DNA of 39,619 nt, taken from NCBI GenBank assembly GCA_048941285.1, contig JBHLNS010000033.1, positions 1-39,619 on the forward strand. Direction: 5' to 3'. The notes below the pieces were generated by a model. The model was not told where the DNA came from, searched no databases, and was given only the letters and a program-made list of their open reading frames with translations. The translations under genes and the position numbers were made by a program. Position 1 is the first letter of the stretch; each line of letters opens with the position of its first letter. Positions 1 through 10,400 of the stretch are shown piece after piece. Source of the DNA: Promethearchaeota archaeon (lineage in GTDB: Archaea; Asgardarchaeota; Lokiarchaeia; Sigyniarchaeales; SOKP01).

Positions 1-70
1 TAACTAAATTAATTATTCCGGAATCTGCATTATAAACAAAAACTAATTTTTTTTCATTCTTTTCTTTCAT
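1..70 (-). CDS. Conserved hypothetical protein, 5' part only (runs off the window's left edge)
   Basis: ATG at 70-68 reads MKEKNEKKLVFVYNADSGIINLV. The L-x-FVYNADSG N-terminal motif is typical of a small conserved prokaryotic family of unknown function. Confidence 0.7.
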   Translation of the reverse strand, partial: MKEKNEKKLVFVYNADSGIINLV

Positions 71-228
71 TACAATAACACCCCGTATTATATAATACTT
101 AACTTAGGCATTTTAATATCTTCACTATCTTTCATAAATGTTTCATTATTCTTTTAGAAGAAAAAAACAGGAAATCAATAAAAAACCATTAAAATATTAA
201 TTATATTCAAAAAATGCTGTATCCATTT

Positions 229-621
229 TTAACTAAACAAAAATAGTTTTCGAATATTTTCCATTCTTTTCCTATTTGTATTCCAGTCATATCCGCCTAT
301 ACGAGATTGAGACCTAAAGTGAATTAATTTTTCAATATCATCAAATAGAAATTCTACATCATCTTTAAATCTAAACAACTTCGTTGTAAACATAAAATGT
401 AGATAATTTCCCTCTTCTTTAAGAAGATTTGTTCTTTTAAGACTATTGATTATATTCTTTAATTTATTTATTGCCTCTTCCATTGATGTATTATATTTAA
501 TAGGATCAATATAGTTAAGTTCATCCGCTTTATCACTCTGAGATGACACACAATAATGTCTTTTTGGGCATGGATAAAGTTTTGCATTTATTAATCCAAC
601 TTTTTTTTCTTTTATTGGCAA
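229..621 (-). CDS. DUF1499 family protein (paralogue 2)
   Basis: CP-x4-CVSS, FRFKDDVEF and FRSQSRIGGYDWNTNRKR motifs; TTG start. Confidence 0.85.
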   Translation of the reverse strand: MPIKEKKVGLINAKLYPCPKRHYCVSSQSDKADELNYIDPIKYNTSMEEAINKLKNIINSLKRTNLLKEEGNYLHFMFTTKLFRFKDDVEFLFDDIEKLIHFRSQSRIGGYDWNTNRKRMENIRKLFLFS

Positions 622-642
622 AACCAGTACCTTTTCAAATGA

Positions 643-1026
643 TTAATTAGTATTATAAAACAATTTTGTTATAAAATCCATTCTTTTCCTATTAACTCCT
701 AAATCAGTATATCCAAGTCTAGCTGCGGAGCGAAAATGTATAATTTTTTCTGTATCATCAAAATAAAACTCTACGTCATCTACAAATCTAAAGATAGCCG
801 TTCTGAATTCAACGTGAATATAATTATCTGTCTCAGTTTTAATTCTTGTTCTCTTCAGGGATTTAACTATATCTAAAATCTTCAATTTGGCTTGTTCTAG
901 TGATGCATTATATTTTATTGGAATCATTTTATGTTTTTCATCATTACTTTGAGTTGAAACACAATTAGGAGAATTTGGGCAAGGATGGAACCTACCATTA
1001 GTAATTCCAATAGGTTTTTTTGTCAT
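643..1026 (-). CDS. DUF1499 family protein (paralogue 1)
   Basis: CPNSPNCVST, FRFVDDVEF and FRSAARLGYTDLGVNRKR motifs. ATG at 1026 preferred over GTG at 1041 because it aligns with the paralogue start and the GTG lies within an AAGGTG SD-like element. Confidence 0.88.
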   Translation of the reverse strand: MTKKPIGITNGRFHPCPNSPNCVSTQSNDEKHKMIPIKYNASLEQAKLKILDIVKSLKRTRIKTETDNYIHVEFRTAIFRFVDDVEFYFDDTEKIIHFRSAARLGYTDLGVNRKRMDFITKLFYNTN

Positions 1027-1170
1027 TTCTAAAAGAAACACCTTATTTAGTTAACTTTTATTGTTTAATATGATACCACTTGAGAATAAATATATATTGT
1101 TTATAATTATAAAAAGAAATTTGAAACATTATAGTAATTCATAGTTTTAAATTACAAAAGATTATGGAAT

Positions 1171-2478
1171 TTATAGATCGAGTATATCTTTTATATCTGA
1201 AATTATTTTTTCTGTATCAAAATAAGTGATATTACTGGTTTCATTAAATTTGTTTATTTCTTCTTTATATCTATCTTCAAAATCTTGTAAAAAATAAGCT
1301 AACCGCTCTTTTAACCCTTTTTTAGCAGGTTCTGAAAGGAATAATGCCAATTTAATCCATTGACCATAAACAGCATGTATATAAAGCCCTCTATATTTAA
1401 TTTCATCCATTCCTTCTGCTCCACTGATTTCAGATACAAAAGAATCCATAGCACTTAAAAAACCGGACACCAGATCTTGATTTACTTTTAAATCTTCACG
1501 TGAATAGTCTATTAAAGGAAGACCAGATGATTTATCAATAATTATTAATGTTCTGAAATTATCTCTATATCTTGGCTTTCTAACTAATGATTTTTCTCGT
1601 TCTAATGCTTCTTGTTTTGGTAAAATTTCATACATAACAAATTTTTTAGGATTATACGAATCTGATTCGTTAAATTCATAATTTGATATCTTAGATATTC
1701 TGGATTGAGCTCTTATTGGCTCACGTGGAAGTTTTTTTATATAATCATCTCGCTTATCTGTATCATGATCTTTAGATTTTTTCCCTTTTGTAATTCCTAA
1801 CACTATCTGATGAATAGGATCAACGATGTACAACCAAACATTTAATTTCTCCATATCAGAAATTAGTCTACCTAAACCTATTTTATATACTCCTCTCGGT
1901 GTTGTTACAAAAACTGTCCAAGCTGCAATTTTCGAAGCTTCATTTAATAAGTAAAATGTATTTTTATAATCCTCTTCAGTCATTTGCGGTCCTGTTCGCA
2001 CAAAAACAGCTTCAGTTCTTAGTAGAGGTTTTTTCTTTATTAAATATAAATCTAGATTATATTTTGAATCATCAATATTGGAAGTATTATAAACATCAAT
2101 CCCTAAATCGGCACAATAATCTGCAAACACATCAATTAATTCATGCTTTGCAATGAAATCAAATCTAGATAAATATTTTTTAATTCTATCATCCTTAAAG
2201 AGCATATCCGCGATAAATGCTAAACATGTAGGATAGATTTTTTTAAGTTCTGGAATATTTTTATACTTATCATAAAAATGCATACTAATATAATCTAGGT
2301 AATCCAATTTCGTTAAATTTTCAGTTTGTGTAATAGGGATTCTATTAGTTTCAATAAAATTCTCTAATTCTTTAAAACGAGTTCTAACAATTAAACAGTT
2401 TAAGCAAATTACCCCTATTTTGCCTTCATTTTCTTGTAAGATAATGTTAAGAATCTCTTGAGGCTCTTGAGAGGTCAT
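1171..2478 (-). CDS. Hypothetical protein with C-terminal longin-like domain and possible central PD-(D/E)xK-like fold
   Basis: The last ~125 aa (LIIIDKSSGLPLIDY...DLVSGFLSAMDSFVSEI...EIKYRG...LALFL...LKERLAYFLQDFEDRY) match the longin-type pattern common in Asgard proteins. The central region has a helix-DLYL-strand-EAVFVR-helix-VFVTT arrangement. Confidence 0.65.
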   Translation of the reverse strand: MTSQEPQEILNIILQENEGKIGVICLNCLIVRTRFKELENFIETNRIPITQTENLTKLDYLDYISMHFYDKYKNIPELKKIYPTCLAFIADMLFKDDRIKKYLSRFDFIAKHELIDVFADYCADLGIDVYNTSNIDDSKYNLDLYLIKKKPLLRTEAVFVRTGPQMTEEDYKNTFYLLNEASKIAAWTVFVTTPRGVYKIGLGRLISDMEKLNVWLYIVDPIHQIVLGITKGKKSKDHDTDKRDDYIKKLPREPIRAQSRISKISNYEFNESDSYNPKKFVMYEILPKQEALEREKSLVRKPRYRDNFRTLIIIDKSSGLPLIDYSREDLKVNQDLVSGFLSAMDSFVSEISGAEGMDEIKYRGLYIHAVYGQWIKLALFLSEPAKKGLKERLAYFLQDFEDRYKEEINKFNETSNITYFDTEKIISDIKDILDL

Positions 2479-2553
2479 AATGAAAATAATAATTATTACA
2501 TTTTAAAAGATTGTTATAATATATTATGAACTGATTTTATTATTAATATTAAC

Positions 2554-3180
2554 TCAAGATTTTAAAATGAGATAAGCATCTCTTAGTCTTAAAATTGCTG
2601 TAAAAAATACTAATCCCGCAAAAGTCCATAACAATAGAAAACGCAATGAAACAAAAATTGTAATAGATAAAAGAAATAAAAAAGTTTCAGAACGTTCCAT
2701 AAGTCCTGGGCGATAATATATTACTTTTTTTATCTCATCCAATTCAATTTCCTTTAAAACCGCTCCTAAGAGTAAAAACATTGATAAACATAAAATTATT
2801 GCTCCAAGCGAAAATACTCCAGGCCATATTAATGCCAAAGGGTCAGTAGAGATGAGAGAAATAATTATAGCTACTTCAACAGTTCTATCGCTAAAAATAT
2901 CCAAAATACCTCCAAAAGCCGAAGGATTTCCTAGTCTCGCTAATGCTCCGTCCAAGGCGTCAAAGAAAAAGGATATAAACATTAAAATAGCCGCACATAA
3001 AATTAGTGGAATTTCCCATATTAAGATTTTACTTAAAAAGATACTTAAAGAACTTAATAATCCTAAAATTAAAGCTATTAAGGTAAGTTGATTAGCAGAA
3101 ATTCTTTGGTAAAATAGTTTTTTAACTAATTTTTCAATTAAATTATTTAACTTAGTTTTTGAAAGCCATTTATCTATCAT
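2554..3180 (-). CDS. CDP-alcohol phosphatidyltransferase family protein
   Basis: SANQLT plus the signature D-x2-DG-x2-AR-x7-G-x3-D-x3-D (DALDGALARLGNPSAFGGILDIFSDR); multiple TM helices; GLMERSE motif. Confidence 0.92.
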   Translation of the reverse strand: MIDKWLSKTKLNNLIEKLVKKLFYQRISANQLTLIALILGLLSSLSIFLSKILIWEIPLILCAAILMFISFFFDALDGALARLGNPSAFGGILDIFSDRTVEVAIIISLISTDPLALIWPGVFSLGAIILCLSMFLLLGAVLKEIELDEIKKVIYYRPGLMERSETFLFLLSITIFVSLRFLLLWTFAGLVFFTAILRLRDAYLILKS

Positions 3181-3257
3181 TGAATCAATTATTCAATATA
3201 CGACTTGAAATATAAAAATTAAGATGTATTTGTTGAAAAAAAATTTATTGATAAAAG

Positions 3258-5255
3258 CTACAATCTATCTGTAATTATTGAATAAATTTGTTCAGCTGTA
3301 AATCCTTTAATATCTATTGCAGAGCATCTACAATTACCTGAACAAGCTCCACATCCTTTGCAAAGAGCCTCATTAATTTTCGCTACAGTTCCAAACCATC
3401 GGTCTTCAACAAGCTCAATAGCGCCATAGGCACAATTCTCAACACACATTCCGCATCCAATACATCTTTCTGGGTGAACAATCCCAAAGAATGGTTCTAC
3501 TTCTACTTCACCCTTAGCCATTAAGACAGCTGCACTAGATGCTGCTCCTTTAGCTTGAGCTACAGCATCTGGAATATCTTTTGGGCCTTGGGCGACTCCC
3601 GCAATGAAGATACCATCTGTTAAAGTATCAACTGGCCTTAATTTTGGATGTGCTTCTAAAAAGAAACCATCCGCAGATTTTTGAATTCTTAATAAAGAAG
3701 TGATAATATCTGCATCTGCTCTTGGTTCTAAGCCACATGATAACACAAATAATTCAACTTTCAATTCAACTGGTTGCTGAAGTAATGTGTCTTCAGATCG
3801 AATAATTATATTATGATCTTCGTCTTCACTAACCTCGGCAATTCTACCTCTCATATAACTAATTCCATAATTTCGACCGGCAGATTCGTAAAATTCTTCA
3901 TAGCCTTTTCCAAAAGCGCGGACATCCATATAAAAAATGTATACGTCGGCGTCTGGATGCTTTTCTTTATATTGACGAGCCTGTTTTGTCGCATACATGC
4001 AACATACACGCGAACAATATTGGTTACCTCCTTCTCTAAAATTTCTACTTCCTACGCATTGAAGAAAGGCAATACTATGAGGTTCTTTTAAATCGGATGG
4101 TCGTACTGGTCTTCCTATAACTGGTCCAAAAGAGCTTAATAATCGCTCCATCTGAAGTCCAGTAATTACATTAGGAAATTTTCCATATCCATATTGTTTT
4201 AATTCTGTAGGATCGTATAAATCCCAACCAGTTGCGACGATTATTGTTCCTGCCTTGATTTTTATATATTCTGGTTTATCATCATAATTTATAGCTTCCG
4301 GTTCACATACATCTGTTCTTGCACAGATACCACAGTTGATACAATTATCCATATCTATTGTATATTGACCGGGAACAGCTTGGGGAAACGGAATATAAAT
4401 TGCTTTTCGTGTAGCTAATCCCAAATCAAACTCATTCCCCACAATCACAGGACAATAATCTACACAAATTCCACATCCCGTACATTTTTCTTGATCTACA
4501 TAATGTGGCTTTTTTAAGATCGTCACTTCAAAATTACCGATATACCCAGAAACCTCTACAACTTCAGAGTAAGTTAAAAGTTCAATATTCTTTTCTCGAG
4601 AGACCTCCGACATTTTTGGTGTGAGAATACAACTACTACAATCCATTGTGGGAAAAGTTTTATCAAGTTGAGCCATATGACCGCCAATTGTAGGACTTTT
4701 TTCAACAAGATAGACTTTATAACCTTCAGCTGCAAGATCTAAAGCAGCATTCATACCTGCAATTCCTCCTCCAATTATCAGACAAGAAGGTTCTACTTTT
4801 ACTTTCTGAACTTCTAATGGTACTAATTCCCTAGCTTTTGCTATAGCCATCCTAATATGGTCTTTCGCTGTTTCATATGCTCCTTTTGGTTCTTTCATGT
4901 GCACCCAAGTAGAATGCTCTCGAATATTTGCCATCTCAAATAAGAATTGGTTTAATCCAGCTTCCTTACAAGCAATTCTAAAAGTAGGTTCGTGCATTCG
5001 TGGAGAGCATGCAGCAACTACTACTCTATTTACTAAACCTGCTTCAATATCTTCTTTAATCATTTTTTGCCCAACATCAGAACAAAAGAATTTATACTCA
5101 CGAGCAATTTCTACATTTGGGAGTGTTTTTGAATATTCAATCAGATCTGGAACTGAAACTACACCACCAATATTTACGCCACAATGGCAGATATATACTC
5201 CAATTTTAGGTCTTTCATTTCCAGTAATTTCAATTTCTTTTTTAATTTCAGTCAC
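3258..5255 (-). CDS. hdrA: Heterodisulfide reductase subunit A (copy 1)
   Basis: GVYICHCGVNI, AACSPRMHE, GGGIAG FAD motif, KTFPTMDCSSC, QCVGSR, CSRVCCMYATK, HPKLRPV and two ferredoxin domains. GTG start with AGGAGGGTG SD. Confidence 0.97.
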   Translation of the reverse strand: MTEIKKEIEITGNERPKIGVYICHCGVNIGGVVSVPDLIEYSKTLPNVEIAREYKFFCSDVGQKMIKEDIEAGLVNRVVVAACSPRMHEPTFRIACKEAGLNQFLFEMANIREHSTWVHMKEPKGAYETAKDHIRMAIAKARELVPLEVQKVKVEPSCLIIGGGIAGMNAALDLAAEGYKVYLVEKSPTIGGHMAQLDKTFPTMDCSSCILTPKMSEVSREKNIELLTYSEVVEVSGYIGNFEVTILKKPHYVDQEKCTGCGICVDYCPVIVGNEFDLGLATRKAIYIPFPQAVPGQYTIDMDNCINCGICARTDVCEPEAINYDDKPEYIKIKAGTIIVATGWDLYDPTELKQYGYGKFPNVITGLQMERLLSSFGPVIGRPVRPSDLKEPHSIAFLQCVGSRNFREGGNQYCSRVCCMYATKQARQYKEKHPDADVYIFYMDVRAFGKGYEEFYESAGRNYGISYMRGRIAEVSEDEDHNIIIRSEDTLLQQPVELKVELFVLSCGLEPRADADIITSLLRIQKSADGFFLEAHPKLRPVDTLTDGIFIAGVAQGPKDIPDAVAQAKGAASSAAVLMAKGEVEVEPFFGIVHPERCIGCGMCVENCAYGAIELVEDRWFGTVAKINEALCKGCGACSGNCRCSAIDIKGFTAEQIYSIITDRL

Positions 5256-5266
5256 TTTACACCCTC

Positions 5267-6217
5267 CTAAGTTAATTGTCCCTTAACTATGTTTAAAAAT
5301 GGATCTATTGAAATAAACGGTGGAACACCCGTTAAACTATGGTTTTTAATCAATCCTAGCAGATTTGGATCAATTCCAAAAACAAGCCCTAATAATTGTG
5401 TTAAATAAACTACAGGAATTTTAAATGGTTCACCAATCTCATTTTTAAATAAATTATTCACCTCAAATTGCCCTAAATCTAATTGGAGATGACAGAAAGG
5501 GCATATATCAACAATAATATCAACTCCTGCATCTCTCATATTGGTAAGCTTCTCTCTTGTGAAATCTGCAGCCACTTCTTTAACAGCGGTCCTAACAGCT
5601 CCGCCAGCTCCACAACACATATATTTATCTTTATAGTATATACTTTTTGCTCCTGTGATTTCAATAATTTCGTCAAGAAATTTAGGTTCCTCGTATTCTC
5701 CATTCCAAGGTCTTTTATCACTTGGTTTTACGATATGACACCCATAGTGTGCAGCGACTTTTAAATCTGAAAACTTAAATTTAATATAATCCTTTAAATA
5801 ATCTAAACCCATATCGAGATACAATGCTTGAATAACATGTTTAGGTTCAAGATTGCCATTATAAGTTCTACCAATCTTAGCAAGATATTTATTCACTTCT
5901 TTTTTCAATTCATATTCATGTTCCAGTTCATACCATGCATCTCTAAGAGTTCCATAACAACCGTTGCATCCAGTAAGGGGAGATACTCCAATCTGTTCTG
6001 CTATTGAAATATTTCTAGCAGCAATAACTAACCATGTAGGTATGTGAAATGCTCTAAAGACACCCGGAGCAGGGCAACAAGAAGCACCAGGTAAATCTAA
6101 AAGCTCAGCACCTAAATGATCAAAAACATTTCGTATTGAAGCTTCAATCATCGGATAACGGTTAGGAATAACACAACCTAAAAATAATCCATAATGCCAT
6201 CTATAATCTTCATTCAT
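5267..6217 (-). CDS. hdrB: Heterodisulfide reductase subunit B (copy 1)
   Basis: Two CCG domains: FLGC...SCCPAPG...CNGC and HYGCH...CCGAGG...CPFCHLQ. Confidence 0.97.
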   Translation of the reverse strand: MNEDYRWHYGLFLGCVIPNRYPMIEASIRNVFDHLGAELLDLPGASCCPAPGVFRAFHIPTWLVIAARNISIAEQIGVSPLTGCNGCYGTLRDAWYELEHEYELKKEVNKYLAKIGRTYNGNLEPKHVIQALYLDMGLDYLKDYIKFKFSDLKVAAHYGCHIVKPSDKRPWNGEYEEPKFLDEIIEITGAKSIYYKDKYMCCGAGGAVRTAVKEVAADFTREKLTNMRDAGVDIIVDICPFCHLQLDLGQFEVNNLFKNEIGEPFKIPVVYLTQLLGLVFGIDPNLLGLIKNHSLTGVPPFISIDPFLNIVKGQLT

Positions 6218-6219
6218 AA

Positions 6220-6822
6220 TTATTCCTCCTTATCATTTAACTCTTTTTTTGCTCGTTCTTCTTTTAATTTTCCCGCATTGTCCATTAATTTTTTAAATCC
6301 AACAGCTTTCATTAATTCTTGACATTCTTTAACAGCTTCAGGATATGAATGAACTGTTGGAGGTAATGGGGGTAAGCCATATGACTCTCTTAAATCTCTC
6401 CACTTTTTATTCGCTTCTCCATCGGCAGGAACTCCATGGCCGGTAGTATAAAAAATATTATTTGCTAATCCAAAATGAGCATCTAAAATGAAGCCTTCTT
6501 CAACGGCAATATTTCTAAGTTTAATTATCATATCAGTAACCGGAATATTACGTGGACAGCGTTCATAACAATAATAACAAGTCGAACATAACCAAATATC
6601 AATATCTTTTAGAACTGATTCATCACCAGTTAACGCTCGGCGAATTGCAGAACGAGTTCTATATGCCGTACGACGTCCTGAAGGACATCCCCCAGTACAA
6701 GTCCCACAATTAATACATGCTCTAATTCTTTCTAAACCCGCATCAACGAATTTTTGGGCAATTCTTGAATTTGTTGCTTTATAGACTTTTCTTTTTATAT
6801 ATTTTTCTACATTTTCGCTCAT
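6220..6822 (-). CDS. hdrC: Heterodisulfide reductase subunit C (copy 1)
   Basis: CINCGTCTGGCPSGRRT and WLCSTCYYCYERCPR motifs, TGHGVP. Likely start is ATG 6822 (MSENVEK) after GAAGGA; the ORF-track extension to 6912 is probably non-coding. Confidence 0.95.
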   Translation of the reverse strand: MSENVEKYIKRKVYKATNSRIAQKFVDAGLERIRACINCGTCTGGCPSGRRTAYRTRSAIRRALTGDESVLKDIDIWLCSTCYYCYERCPRNIPVTDMIIKLRNIAVEEGFILDAHFGLANNIFYTTGHGVPADGEANKKWRDLRESYGLPPLPPTVHSYPEAVKECQELMKAVGFKKLMDNAGKLKEERAKKELNDKEE

Positions 6823-7090
6823 AATTCCTTCGAATCTCGTATACGATTTAAAAAATGATTTGCAATTTTGTAAAAAAACAAAGCATTTGCTTTTATATGT
6901 TTGATCAAACAAATAAATTGATAATCTTAAGAAGGAAAAAGTAGTTTTCTTAAAAAAATTTGTTATCGATAATTCATAACTAAATCTAAGAGAACAGTTA
7001 TTTCTTATATTTTACATTTTTATAAGTAAAAAAAGCATATGTGTTTAGACTTTTAACTAAATTAGAAAGAATTTTAATTTTAATATCAAT

Positions 7091-7315
7091 TTAATTATGG
7101 TCTTCTAAATGAATTAATTCATCTAAATATTCGATTTGTTTATCTCTTGGTAGAAACGCTAATTCTTTTTTTATCCTTTTCTTCTTTTCTTTTGATACTT
7201 TTAAATCTTTTAATTTTTCTCTAATTTCTTTTGATAAAATCGTATAAATTCGTGAAAAATATTTTTTAACTTCAGGTATATCCTCTAGATCTCCTTTTTC
7301 TGCCAATTTTTTCAT
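7091..7315 (-). CDS. Small basic/helical hypothetical protein
   Basis: ATG preceded by AGGAG SD. 74 aa, charged and helical, ending in KELAFLPRDKQIEYLDEL. Confidence 0.7.
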   Translation of the reverse strand: MKKLAEKGDLEDIPEVKKYFSRIYTILSKEIREKLKDLKVSKEKKKRIKKELAFLPRDKQIEYLDELIHLEDHN

Positions 7316-7479
7316 TTCTCCTATCTAATTCATGTTTTTGCCAAATTTTTGACAAACTCTTTTAGTTAAATATTATTATAAGTTTTTAATAAAAAATTAG
7401 GAGTCCAGTTCTTCTATTATTTCAAAAAATCACACTTTAGAGAAATTAACTATATAAAAGAAATATCAATTTGTATTGG

Positions 7480-10400
7480 TTATTTTAATATTGGAATTGA
7501 GAAATAAAATGTAGTTCCCTTATTTCTTCCTTCAGATTCTAACCAAATTTTTCCTCCATGTAATTCTACAAGTTTTTTCGTAATATAGAGTCCTAGTCCT
7601 GTACCATCAGCAGCAATATCCCACCCTTGTCCATACCTTTCAATTTTCCCAAATTGTCTAAAAACTTGAATTTTTTCTTCTTCAGTAAATCCAATTCCAT
7701 TATCTTTAACTGAAACCTCATATGAATCTTCATTTATCTTGGATTCAATTACAATTTTTCCTCCGGGAGGTGTGTATTTAATTGCATTTACTACTAAGTT
7801 TGACATCACTTCATAAATTCTTTCTTTATCAAATTTTGTCTTTAATTTTTCTTGCAGTTTAAGCGAAATAGTTTGATCTCTTAATTTAGCCAAACCCTGC
7901 AGTTCTTTGACACAAAATCTAATTAGAAAGGCTAAATCTTCATCAAGTAGGTTCAATGATAATTGTCCGGCCTCTAATTTAGTACTATCTAAAAGTAAAT
8001 TAATTATCTTTTCGAGTCGATTACTCCCTTCACTGATTTCTTTTAAAATTGAAATAATTTCAGGATCCAATTTTGGCTTATAAAGGGTTAGCAAAAGTTC
8101 TGTGAATCCTTTGATTGAAATTAGAGGAGTTTTCAATTCATGTGAAGTTCTTGAAAACAACTCCGATTTTAACTTATTTATTTTATTTAAAGTAATATTT
8201 TGCTTTTCTAAATCTTTTTGAACTTGCCAGCGACGCTGTTCAATTTCAATTGCATCACAAATTAGAAAGAGCACTAATTTATCTATTCCACTAATTACTG
8301 GATTATTTCTATAGAAGATACATACTGCACCATTAGGACCTTCATGAGATTTAATAATTTTTCCAAAACATCCTTTAAATTTATGTTCTATTAAAAAAGG
8401 ATCAGATTTGGCGTATATGATCTGGTCAATGTCAGTAAAAGTTTGAGGAAAATCATGTTCCTCTTGAAACAAAACGCTTATAAAGAGTTGATGGAATTCT
8501 TGTGAGGAATAATTAAAAATTTTCTTTTCAGATGTTATTATTTGATAAATTTCTTGTTCATCTGAAATTAATTTATGGACATATAAAAGAAACCGCCCTT
8601 CTAATAATTTTAGGCATGTATCCAAGAGTAGATCAATATTTTTTCGAATATCAGTTGTAAAATTTAAAAAATTTATATTTAATTCATAAATTAAATTTTC
8701 ATACATTTTTTTTTCTGTGATATCATCAACCCAAACTCTAATACTATTAATTTCTCCACTTTCATTATAGTGAGGTATTCTCTTACCTGCTAACCATTTC
8801 AATTTACCCTGCTTATCTTTAACTTGAAATTCTAATTCTTCTTCCTCATTACATTTTAAAAGTTTAGTTAAATCTTTTGGATGAATAATATAGTGTCGAA
8901 AGACATCTTCATTTAATTCGTCTTTACTAAAACCGACAATATTTAACAATTTTGGATTAATGTATAGAAGCTTATTATTAACAATATCAAGTTCCATAAC
9001 CCCAACTGATGATGTTTCTAAAATATCTCGGAATTTACTTTCATTTTTTCTTACTGCTTCTTCAACTTCTTTTAATGCAGTTATATCATGAATTACTGCA
9101 AGAATGTATGTTTTTCCTTTCATATTTATCAATGTTGCAGTAATTCTCACCCAATTGATTTTATTGCTTTTGGTTTTAATTGGAAATTCTGTAGGGTCTA
9201 AAATATTTTCATTAAGTAAATCTTCATAAACTTCCAATAATACTTCATGGGCATTTTCATAATAAATGTCTAAATTAATAAAATTTTTTCCAAGAAATTC
9301 TTTGGGTGAATAGCCAGTTATGTTTTTTAGGGCAGAGTTTACTTCTAAGATAATCCCATTTAAATCAGTAAGAACAACTCCATCAGGAGAAGTTTCAAAT
9401 AATTTATGATATTTCTTTTCGGATTCTTTTAAATTTTCTTCTACCTTTTTTCTTTCACTTATATTTTCAATCATTATTTGAATTATTTTCTCATTTTCAA
9501 TAGTAATTATTGATGCTTGATAGGAAACCCAAACATGTCTTTTATCATTAGTGTAAAGCTGAATTTCTTTTGGCTCTATTATTCCTTTCTTGAGTAATGC
9601 TTTAAAATCTTGTACAACAGTATAAATATATTCTCTTGGAATAAAATTTGTATTGGCAAAATTCTTCCCAATAAGTTCTTTTTTTTTAAATCCTGATAAT
9701 AATTCAGCAGCTACATTATTATCAATTATTTCTCCATTCAGATCAACCAAAAGTATCGCAAACGGTGATTTTTCATAAAGATGACGATACTTTTCTTCAG
9801 ATGCACTTAATTTTTGTTCTGCTAAAATTTTATCAGTTATATCAATTTGAGTAAGAAAATCTGCATGTTTCCCTTGATAAATTATATTTTTTGAATAATT
9901 TTCAACCCATCTTGTTTTTCCATCTTTTCTAATGATTTTAGCAATGTAATGAGCAGAAACATTACCCAAACCTTTTTGTTTTTTTTTAATTTGATCGATT
10001 ACCATTTCCTTATAATCAGGATGTATTACTTTTATAAATTCACTAGGCTTCCATTCTTTAATTTCATCTAGAGAATATCCGTAAATATCTGCCATTTGTT
10101 GATTTAAATATTTGATTTCAAAATTCTGTAGAATACACATTCCAATTAGGGATTGTTCTGCTATTGTTCTGAATTTATCTTCAGATTCTTTTAACTTTTG
10201 CTCAGCCTTTTTATTATCAGTAATATCTACGGTAGTTATCAAGTCTGCATACTTTCCGTTAAATAGGATTGTTTTGGAATAAGTTTGAATCCACATTGTT
10301 TCTCCATTCTTTTTGAGACATCTACACTCGTATCCTGAAATTTTAGTATCAAGCCCTAATTGTCGCTTTTTTGATTGTTCAATAACTCTACTTCTATCTT

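Noticed and set aside
6823-6912. 30-aa N-terminal extension of HdrC copy 1
   Set aside because: Not homologous to copy 2. The region looks like promoter/leader, and ATG 6822 has an SD-like GAAGGA.
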